From Natronobacillus azotifigens (lineage in GTDB: Bacteria > Bacillota > Bacilli > Bacillales > Amphibacillaceae), in the NCBI RefSeq assembly GCF_026805325.1, contig NZ_JAPRAT010000005.1, forward strand, positions 83,716 to 115,715: a stretch of 32,000 bases of DNA. The letters are read 5' to 3'. Made by a program: the position numbers and the translations under genes. Positions 25,368-32,000 of the stretch are shown here, in pieces. How positions within the stretch are numbered: the first letter of the stretch is position 1; every line of letters starts with the position of its first letter. The notes under the pieces were generated by a model. The model saw only the letters and a program-made list of their open reading frames with translations. It searched no databases and had not been told where the DNA came from.

Positions 25368-25471
25368 TCATTTCTGTCCGAATGAACCCCTTTTTCGGAC
25401 AACTTTGCAATTCTTGAGCTCATTTCTGTCCGAATGAACCCCTTTTTCGGACAACTTTGCAATTCTTGAGC
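25368..25471. repeat. Perfect tandem duplication of a 52-bp unit, each unit containing a 7-bp hairpin
   Basis: The unit TCATTTCTGTCCGAATGAACCCCTTTTTCGGACAACTTTGCAATTCTTGAGC occurs at 25368-25419 and 25420-25471, identical 52/52. Degenerate partial units flank it at about 25335-25367 and 25472-25510. The unit length is not a multiple of 3. Confidence 0.9.
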
Positions 25472-25524
25472 TCATTTCTTTCCAATTCACTCTTTTTTCA
25501 AAGAACTTGGGATTAAATACATAG

Positions 25525-25557
25525 GAAGGATAGGTTCAACACGCGAACCTATCCTTC
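25525..25557 (-). terminator. Hairpin terminator candidate 10 nt after the spoVID stop
   Basis: A perfect 13-bp stem GAAGGATAGGTTC / GAACCTATCCTTC has a 7-nt loop. The minus-strand trailing sequence CTATGTATTT is only moderately U-rich. Confidence 0.55.
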
Positions 25558-25566
25558 ATCCATACT

Positions 25567-26784
25567 CTACTGTTTTACATTATTCGGTATATATAACAAT
25601 TGTCCTCCCGAAATCGAATCTCCATCTAAATTATTCACTTGTAACATAGATCCACGAGACACTTGATATCTTTCTGCAATCGAGTCAATCGTATCACTGT
25701 CTTGAACAATATACACTTTCAGCGAAGTAAAACGCTCTCCTTCTTCCGCTTCATCTGCAAAAATGTCCAATAAATAGCTCTGTTCACGACCAGTCTCTTC
25801 CTCTGGTTTCGACTGAGCATGTAGTTGTGTTATTTGCTCTGGATCATCATTTCCTGTGAACACTGGCTCAGGATCATTTATCCTTGATACGTTGTCAGGG
25901 GATTCTCGTACCAATTCAGGATCTTCTAAAAATTCGGGATCCGGATCCGGATCAGGTTCGGGTTCTAAGTCTGGTTCGGGTTCTTCCACCGTATCTGAAA
26001 GCTCTGGTTCGGGTTCTTTTTTGTCAAATAATGAAGAGATCGAAGAGTATTTCTTTTTCGGCCACCGCCCTGATTCATTTTCATTAGTTGACGATTTTTC
26101 TTCTACTGGTTCCGTACTTTTTGGTTCTTCATCTGTTTCTTGCGCTAAGTCTTCTCTTTCTTTTTCATCAACTACATCAAGTTCTTCCTCAGGCTGCTTC
26201 TTCTCTTTCACATCAAAACGAAATGTATCTGAAGCATCTGCTTCTTCTTCCTGTTCAGGAAAGTCAAAAACATTCGGTAAAGATGTGTCTTCTGTTTCTT
26301 CTTCAGTTTCTGGTTCTGCTACTTGTGCAGTGCGTTCATCTTTTAAACCATGAATCGCAACAGATGCACGAAGAATCAACTTACTTTGTTCGGGTAATTG
26401 ATAATCAAACGTGTCCACTCCAACAAAAATATCATCCAATGTTTCAATTCGTTCATTTGGAATTGAAATTTCTACTGGAAAATGATGTTTGAAATGATGG
26501 ACTCCATTCGGTTCAGCTTCCACCTCATTGATATAACGCTCGCTCGGAAAATCACGTTGATCAATCTGATCTAAAGATAGATCTTCCGATTGCTCGTTAG
26601 CATCAGCAAAATATTCTCCATTCAATTCAATAATTCCACGAATGGAAACATGATCTTGATAAGTTTGAATGGATATCTCAGGGTCTAAGGATATACCGAT
26701 CATTTCCGCTACTCCCTGTCCGTTCTGAAACCGAAGTGCTTCATTTAAATCAAATGTGAACACGGATGAAGGATCATGCGACAT
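25567..26784 (-). CDS. spoVID: Stage VI sporulation protein D (spore coat morphogenetic protein) with a C-terminal LysM domain
   Basis: The start MSHDPSSVFTF has GAAAGGAGG upstream. The N-terminal domain is colinear with B. subtilis SpoVID (FQNGQGVAEMIGISLDPEISIQ..., HHFPVEISIP..., DTFDYQL). The middle is long, acidic and Pro/Glu/Asp-rich. LysM is VYIVQDSDTIDSIAERYQVSRGSMLQVNNL...GQLLYIP. The ORF track extends to 26886. Confidence 0.9.
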   Translation of the reverse strand: MSHDPSSVFTFDLNEALRFQNGQGVAEMIGISLDPEISIQTYQDHVSIRGIIELNGEYFADANEQSEDLSLDQIDQRDFPSERYINEVEAEPNGVHHFKHHFPVEISIPNERIETLDDIFVGVDTFDYQLPEQSKLILRASVAIHGLKDERTAQVAEPETEEETEDTSLPNVFDFPEQEEEADASDTFRFDVKEKKQPEEELDVVDEKEREDLAQETDEEPKSTEPVEEKSSTNENESGRWPKKKYSSISSLFDKKEPEPELSDTVEEPEPDLEPEPDPDPDPEFLEDPELVRESPDNVSRINDPEPVFTGNDDPEQITQLHAQSKPEEETGREQSYLLDIFADEAEEGERFTSLKVYIVQDSDTIDSIAERYQVSRGSMLQVNNLDGDSISGGQLLYIPNNVKQ

Positions 26785-26823
26785 TTGAATTCCTCCTTTC
26801 AAATCAACAAGCCTCTCCTTTAC

Positions 26824-26852
26824 AGATATATGTTTGAAAAATGGAAATATAC
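26824..26852 (-). promoter_or_regulatory. Candidate sigma-E-type sporulation promoter for spoVID
   Basis: The minus strand reads GTATATT, a 13-nt spacer, then CATATATCT about 40 nt upstream of the start. This resembles the ATATT...CATACA-T mother-cell promoter consensus. Confidence 0.35.
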
Positions 26853-27117
26853 CTAGTAAAGATTGATCGAATAGGAGGAAAAACACTCAGTAAGAAAACG
26901 ACCTCATAGAGCTAAAAAATCAGCATAAGGACCTCAATATTATTGAAAAAAATAATTAGTTAAATTCTGAGGTACAGTTTAAACGTTTGAAGCAATTCAA
27001 TATAAAAACCTTTCTCCACCATAGGATTACCTTGTGGTTTCGAAAAGCTGGCATATTAGAAACAACCTACCAGCAGAATCCGACAAATATCTACACAATT
27101 CGGGTGGTGACAGGCAC

Positions 27118-28410
27118 CTATAATTTCGCGAAGGTCTGATCAACTGCTTCAATGGTTTGGTCAATGTCTGCTTCTGTATGTGCAGTTGATAAGAATACTC
27201 CTTCAAATGGGGATGGTGGTAAAAAGATGCCAAACTCAATCATTGATCGATAATACCTTGCAAAGAATTCCCTATTTGATTGACTAGCTGTATCATAATT
27301 GATCACTGGTTGATCATGAAAGAAGAAACCAACCATTGAGCCTGCACGATTCACTTGAAGTGGGATATGATATTTCTTCGCGGCTTGTTGGTAGCCCTTT
27401 ACTAGACGTTCCAACAAAGTATTTAATCGCTCGTATGCTTGGAAATCCATCTGAATTAACGTTGAATACCCCGCCGTCATGGCGAGCGGATTGCCTGATA
27501 AAGTACCAGCTTGATAAATATCACCGATAGGAGCTATTTTTTCCATGATCTCACGTTTACCACCATATGCACCGACAGGAAGTCCTCCACCGATTACTTT
27601 TCCTAAACAAGTCAAATCCGGTGTTATTCCATAATGTCCTTGAGCGCAGTGATAGCCAACACGAAAACCTGTCATCACTTCATCAAAAATTAGTAAACTT
27701 CCATATTCTTCAGTAATCGCTCGTAATTTCGTTAAAAAATTATCGACTGGTGGAACAACTCCCATATTACCAGCCACTGGTTCAACGATTACCCCTGCAA
27801 TCTCAGAGCCAAATTGTTCGAATGCATAGCGTACACTGTCAAAATCATTATAAGGGACGGTAATCGTCTGAGCCGCAACTGCTTCTGGTACACCCGGACT
27901 ATCAGGCAGTCCTAATGTTGCCACCCCTGAACCTGCTTTAATGAGCAAAGAATCTCCATGTCCATGGTAGCACCCTTCAAATTTTAGAATCTTATTTCTC
28001 CCTGTATAGCCACGAGCAAGCCTTAACGCGCTCATCGTTGCTTCTGTCCCTGAGTTAACCATTCGAAGCATCTCCATTGAAGGCACTCGCTCTTTCACTA
28101 ATTCTGCTAAATCATTTTCTAAGATCGTCGGTGTCCCAAAACTTGTTCCTTGTATAGCGACCTTCTGTAAACTCTCTACCACATGCGAATCAGCATGACC
28201 TAATATTAACGGCCCCCAACTTAACACATAATCAATGTATTCATTGCCATCAATATCTGAAATTTTTGACCCTTGACCACTTTTCATGAAAATCGGCTGC
28301 ATTCCAACCGATTTAAACGCACGAGCTGGCGAATTAACACCACCTGGCATTAGCATTTGTGCTTTATCGTATGCAGCGATTGATTGATTAAAATTATGAA
28401 TCATTTGCAT
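27118..28410 (-). CDS. hemL: Glutamate-1-semialdehyde 2,1-aminomutase
   Basis: About 430 aa with [27 protein letters not shown] and the PLP-lysine context [19 protein letters not shown] 28410 follows GGAAGGGG; the alternative start is GTG 28413. Confidence 0.95.
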   Translation of the reverse strand: MQMIHNFNQSIAAYDKAQMLMPGGVNSPARAFKSVGMQPIFMKSGQGSKISDIDGNEYIDYVLSWGPLILGHADSHVVESLQKVAIQGTSFGTPTILENDLAELVKERVPSMEMLRMVNSGTEATMSALRLARGYTGRNKILKFEGCYHGHGDSLLIKAGSGVATLGLPDSPGVPEAVAAQTITVPYNDFDSVRYAFEQFGSEIAGVIVEPVAGNMGVVPPVDNFLTKLRAITEEYGSLLIFDEVMTGFRVGYHCAQGHYGITPDLTCLGKVIGGGLPVGAYGGKREIMEKIAPIGDIYQAGTLSGNPLAMTAGYSTLIQMDFQAYERLNTLLERLVKGYQQAAKKYHIPLQVNRAGSMVGFFFHDQPVINYDTASQSNREFFARYYRSMIEFGIFLPPSPFEGVFLSTAHTEADIDQTIEAVDQTFAKL

Positions 28411-28440
28411 CACTACCCCTTCCTGCTCATTAACTAGTCG

Positions 28441-29712
28441 TTACTCTATTTCATCGAGTCCCATTATTTGTTTCACAATTTTTGTTGTCTCTTTATGTTG
28501 CGATTTGATCGCAAGTTGTTTCAAGTTACGAATAGGTTCTTTTAACCATTGATTACTGACACTCTTTATATGTTTTTGAATAACTTTCTGATCATGTGCA
28601 GATAGATGAGACAACTTATGTTGAATACTTGTCATCGTCTCTTGTTCAATTTGGTTTGCTTTTGCTTGCATTGCTGCTAGTGTTGGTGCAATCTGTTGAA
28701 TTTTCCGCCACTCTTGAAAAAGAACTACTTCTTTTTGGATGACCTGTTCAATTTCTTTCGCAGCTTTTTTTCGATTAGCAAAACTATCATCAATCATCTC
28801 ATGTATTTGATCGATGTCATATAAATCGATTTGATTAAAATGTCTTAGATTTGGATCAATACTCCTCGGCAACGACAAATCCATCATGATCAACTTTTTG
28901 TTTTTTTGCTGAAAACTAATATTATCTAACATTTTTTCAGTAATTATGGGAGTATCTACAGAAAACGTGCTAATCACTATATCCATGCACTTCAACCGTT
29001 CGGTTAACTGCTCGATCGGATAGGCAACTCCACTCACTGTTTTTGCTAGTTCTTTGGCTTTTTCGTAGTTTCTGTTCAGAATTGCTAATTCCTTAAGACC
29101 AAATTTTTCCACGTTTGTAGCCGCTAACGTTCCCATTTTACCCGCACCTAAAATCAGTACTTTCTTTCCAGCTAGCTTTCCTAGATAATCTTGCAGAAAT
29201 TTCACCGCTACATAACTTAAGGAAACCGGGTGATCTGCAATTCCGGTATCTTTGTGCGCTTTTTTTGCCATTGTGATCGCTTGTTTAAATAGTTGATTAA
29301 ATATCCACCCACACGATTGTTCTTGTTTAGCCATTTCAAATGCTTGTTTCACTTGACCGATAATCTGTGTTTCTCCAAGCACCATCGAATCAAGCCCAGA
29401 AGCAACACGAAAAAGGTGCGAGATTACCTCCTCGTTTTTATAGATAACGAAATAATTGGATAACTTTTCTATCGGTAAGGAAAACCACTCATTCATGATT
29501 GTTTCCATCTTCTCACAAACCATATCAAATGATTCCACAACAAGATAAATCTCTGTACGATTACAAGTAGAAAGAATAACATTTTCTTTTATGTATGACT
29601 TTTGCTTAACCTGTTGTAACGCTTTACTTATCGAGGCTTGATCGAGAGCACATTGCTCGCGAATTTCAATCGGAGCGGTGTGATAATCAATACCAATCAT
29701 TAAAATATTCAA
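28441..29712 (-). CDS. hemA: Glutamyl-tRNA reductase
   Basis: 423 aa with MNILMIGIDYHTAPIEIRE, the catalytic STCNRTEIY and the NADPH-binding motif VLILGAGKMG. The TTG start follows GAGGGTGA. Confidence 0.93.
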   Translation of the reverse strand: MNILMIGIDYHTAPIEIREQCALDQASISKALQQVKQKSYIKENVILSTCNRTEIYLVVESFDMVCEKMETIMNEWFSLPIEKLSNYFVIYKNEEVISHLFRVASGLDSMVLGETQIIGQVKQAFEMAKQEQSCGWIFNQLFKQAITMAKKAHKDTGIADHPVSLSYVAVKFLQDYLGKLAGKKVLILGAGKMGTLAATNVEKFGLKELAILNRNYEKAKELAKTVSGVAYPIEQLTERLKCMDIVISTFSVDTPIITEKMLDNISFQQKNKKLIMMDLSLPRSIDPNLRHFNQIDLYDIDQIHEMIDDSFANRKKAAKEIEQVIQKEVVLFQEWRKIQQIAPTLAAMQAKANQIEQETMTSIQHKLSHLSAHDQKVIQKHIKSVSNQWLKEPIRNLKQLAIKSQHKETTKIVKQIMGLDEIE

Positions 29713-29864
29713 TCTATCACCCTCAGATTCATAAAATTATGCTAAAATATGATCATTGTGAAACTATTTCATTTCATAGAAAAACTTAATTTCTCATCAC
29801 ATTTATTCTATTTTAACAAACCATCTCATCGATTCACAATTTTTCGGTAATAAAGGAGAAGATA

Positions 29865-30338
29865 ATGCGAAAAAAAAATCAACTATCTGCTTATATCCTA
29901 ATCGGAATCGGCACTTATTTTTTGATTCAACAATTAGAAATACCATTCTTTCAACAACTTTCTACTTGGCCAACGTTATTGATCATTATTGGTGCAAGTT
30001 TTCTATTACATAGTTATCTTGGTCGAGATTACGACAAAATCTTCCCAGGTGTAGTTATTCTTGGTCTCGGTGTTCACTTTCACGGATTATCCACTTATGA
30101 TTTCTGGACTGATCAATGGGGCGTGTATTGTTTAATTATCGGCATAGCGTTTTTGTTTCGTTACCAGAAAACAAAGCTCGGCCTGTATCCGGGTATTATT
30201 TTAACGTTTGTTGGACTATTTGTGATCTTGACTGCTAATAATCCTATTATTTTTGACTCGTTGCAACACACTTTGGAGAATTATTGGTCGGTTGCACTAA
30301 TTGTTTTTGGCTTTTATCTATTGTTTAAAAAAAGATAG
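29865..30338 (+). CDS. Small polytopic membrane protein (157 aa, about five TM segments), function unknown
   Basis: RBS is AAGGAGAA. The protein is hydrophobic throughout. It is divergent from hemA, where recollection places B. subtilis ysxD, but equivalence is not established here. Confidence 0.6.
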   Translation: MRKKNQLSAYILIGIGTYFLIQQLEIPFFQQLSTWPTLLIIIGASFLLHSYLGRDYDKIFPGVVILGLGVHFHGLSTYDFWTDQWGVYCLIIGIAFLFRYQKTKLGLYPGIILTFVGLFVILTANNPIIFDSLQHTLENYWSVALIVFGFYLLFKKR

Positions 30339-30371
30339 GAAACGGAAAATATCCGAATCCTATCTTTTTTT
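30334..30371 (+). terminator. Rho-independent terminator
   Basis: GATAGGA (30334-30340) pairs with TCCTATC (30358-30364) and is followed by TTTTTTT. The hairpin overlaps the stop codon. Confidence 0.7.
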
Positions 30372-30545
30372 ATATCCTGGATAAATAAAAATAACCGCCT
30401 ATTGTGTTAATGGCAAAATGCTCAAAAATAAGATTGTAAAAATTTTCATTATATGTAATAATTGTAATTGGGTTTTTCGAACAAATTAAATAGAACTAGC
30501 CTAGACTTAATTTCAACTATAATGTGTATATAAGGAGTTTTATTT

Positions 30546-31106
30546 ATGATAGACCAAGAATTTTTTCATTTATCCGCGACTGTATTTCTTGTTATCTATG
30601 TAATTTATGACCTCACTCGTTATAGACTTAGAAAGCGTTCATTACTACGTATGTTTGTATTTTACAGTTTTATTTATTACATGATTCATGTAATAAAATT
30701 TACATTACTACCCATAATGTTTACACCATTTCCATTTCCAGCTTCAGTTCAGTTAATTCCTTTTTATTTTGTTTTCGATTCCATAGAGAGTGGATATATA
30801 GGGAGTGCTTATTGGCAAAATTTCATATTACTCTTTCCTCTAGGAGTGTTTTCACCTTTATTATTTCGGCGTCTACGTAATTTAAAATTAACGATTTTAA
30901 CAGCATTTTTTGTAAGCACATCGATAGAGACTATACAATTAATTATGAGCTTAACTATTGGCTCAAATAGAACGTTTAATGTGGATGATATTATATTGAA
31001 CACATCTGGAGCTATAATAGGCTATTTTATATATAAAATACTGATTATTACTTTAAGAAAATTTAAAAATTCATACTTGTTAAACAAATTTGATTTTGGG
31101 TTATAG
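30546..31106 (+). CDS. VanZ-like family membrane protein
   Basis: 186 aa. RBS is AAGGAG. It has 4-5 TM segments, and the characteristic C-terminal block is FNVDDIILNTSGAIIGYFIY (VanZ D-D-x-x-x-N-x-x-G). Confidence 0.7.
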   Translation: MIDQEFFHLSATVFLVIYVIYDLTRYRLRKRSLLRMFVFYSFIYYMIHVIKFTLLPIMFTPFPFPASVQLIPFYFVFDSIESGYIGSAYWQNFILLFPLGVFSPLLFRRLRNLKLTILTAFFVSTSIETIQLIMSLTIGSNRTFNVDDIILNTSGAIIGYFIYKILIITLRKFKNSYLLNKFDFGL

Positions 31107-31194
31107 AGCTGCCCTTTTTCAACGAATGGTTATTTGTTGAGAGAGTATTGCTGATTTATTATGGATGTTTTATAGAAGAAAGAAGGAATGATAA

Positions 31195-31710
31195 ATGTTT
31201 TTAAGCAAAGGAAGAAATATGTATATTAAACAACCTGAATATAATGAATTAGACTTTGTACAGTGGTTATGGGCTGACATCGAAACAATGTGTGGTGTGG
31301 GGGGACCTGTATGTTTAGATGAAAGTGAAAAAGAAGCGTGGTATAACAGGATGGTTAACCCAACTGACGGTAATAACTTTTACTGTCTCATCTACAACAA
31401 CGAAGATAAGCCAGTAGGTGAAGTAAGCTTTCATCGATACGATTGTTTAAATAGTACAGCAGAATTTAATATAAAAATTGCCGATAAATATCGTCGCAAT
31501 GGTTATGCAAAAGAAGCAATTACTCATTTATTATTGTACTTTTTTAATGAATTTGGCGGTGAAAAAATGATTGATACAATCGCTGCTAATAACCTACCAG
31601 GACAAACGTTACTATTGAAATATGGTTTTAAACAGAAAAATCAACCAGATAAAAAAATTATTTTGGTTGAAATGACAAAGAAAGATTTTTCCAACTTGTA
31701 TATGAAATAG
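31195..31710 (+). CDS. GNAT-family N-acetyltransferase
   Basis: 171 aa. The acetyl-CoA binding motif A region is IADKYRRNGYAKEAITHLLLYFFNEFG (R-x-x-G-x-A/G pattern). Confidence 0.75.
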   Translation: MFLSKGRNMYIKQPEYNELDFVQWLWADIETMCGVGGPVCLDESEKEAWYNRMVNPTDGNNFYCLIYNNEDKPVGEVSFHRYDCLNSTAEFNIKIADKYRRNGYAKEAITHLLLYFFNEFGGEKMIDTIAANNLPGQTLLLKYGFKQKNQPDKKIILVEMTKKDFSNLYMK

Positions 31711-31717
31711 GGTACAT

Positions 31718-31888
31718 AAAGTGAAACTTCAATCAGTGGGAATTTTCAGGTATTCTTCTACTGATTGTTAACCCTAAAGGCCCTTGAAACCTTCGGGGTG
31801 CTAGCGCGGTTACTCCCACTTAAACAGCTTGGTGTTCTCGTTGTTTGAAGTGGGAGGCTTACGGACGGTTGCTCCGAGATAAACAAAC
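31718..31888 (+). repeat. Interspersed structured repeat, copy C (about 171 bp)
   Basis: It starts 8 nt after the GNAT stop. Hairpin 1 is CAATCAGTGG...CTACTGATTG. Hairpin 2 is ACTCCCACTTAAAC...GTTTGAAGTGGGAG. It is near-identical to the reverse complement of 19927-20108. Confidence 0.9.
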
Positions 31889-32000
31889 GCGGATTTACAT
31901 ACAATATCCCTGAAAACATTGATATGGTGCCCCCTGTACAATACTCACCTATTACTATTGAAAATGTCTTAGCGATTGACTTGAAATAATTTTAAGAAAA

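Noticed and set aside
25150-25437. ORFs of 86 aa (minus strand) and 60 aa (plus strand) overlapping the tandem-repeat region
   Set aside because: They overlap each other and the small membrane-protein gene, lack an RBS, and read through a non-triplet tandem repeat. They are most likely non-coding.
25368-25471. Possible CRISPR array
   Set aside because: There are only two directly abutting identical 52-bp units with no unique spacers between them. No cas genes are in the window. The unit is longer than typical CRISPR repeats.
25856-26492. Plus-strand ORFs (165, 67 and 134 aa), including a Ser/Gly-rich product
   Set aside because: They are antisense to the acidic Pro/Glu/Asp-rich repeat region of spoVID. 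The Ser/Gly richness is the mirror image of GAx/CCx codons. They have no RBS.
27027-27239. 70-aa minus-strand ORF overlapping the 3' end of hemL
   Set aside because: It is out of frame and overlaps a well-supported hemL coding region. It has no RBS or recognisable motifs.

Overview
This is a low-GC, Bacillaceae-type chromosomal segment, almost entirely on the minus strand. It is colinear with the Bacillus subtilis neighbourhood minD-minC-mreDCB-radC-(maf)-(spoIIB)-comC-folC-valS-(ysxE)-spoVID-hemL...hemA. All calls come from reading the sequence and the ORF track; no searches were run, and RNA and repeat boundaries are approximate.

Departures from that template:
1. radC is split in phase, inside its HNHPSG|DPSPS metal-binding motif, by a complete 1806-nt group II intron. 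The intron has a 5' GUGCG, a canonical 34-nt domain V, a domain VI with a bulged A, and a 3' AC.
2. The intron ORF keeps the maturase (X) domain, but its reverse-transcriptase catalytic motifs are degenerate (YADD is YQEE, PQGG is PEFD).
3. The single comC position is occupied by a full Gram-positive type IV pilus locus (pilB-pilT-pilC-pilA-pilD-pilM-pilN-pilO). It comes with a divergent minor-pilin/PilX-like operon and an adjacent membrane GAF-GGDEF cyclase. PilB carries a tandem MshEN-type c-di-GMP-binding motif.
4. A structured interspersed repeat of about 135-180 bp occurs three times. One copy sits inside the valS leader, between the T-box terminator and the RBS.
5. A perfect 52-bp tandem duplication of hairpin units lies downstream of spoVID.
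6. maf, ysxE and hemXCDB are absent from their expected positions.
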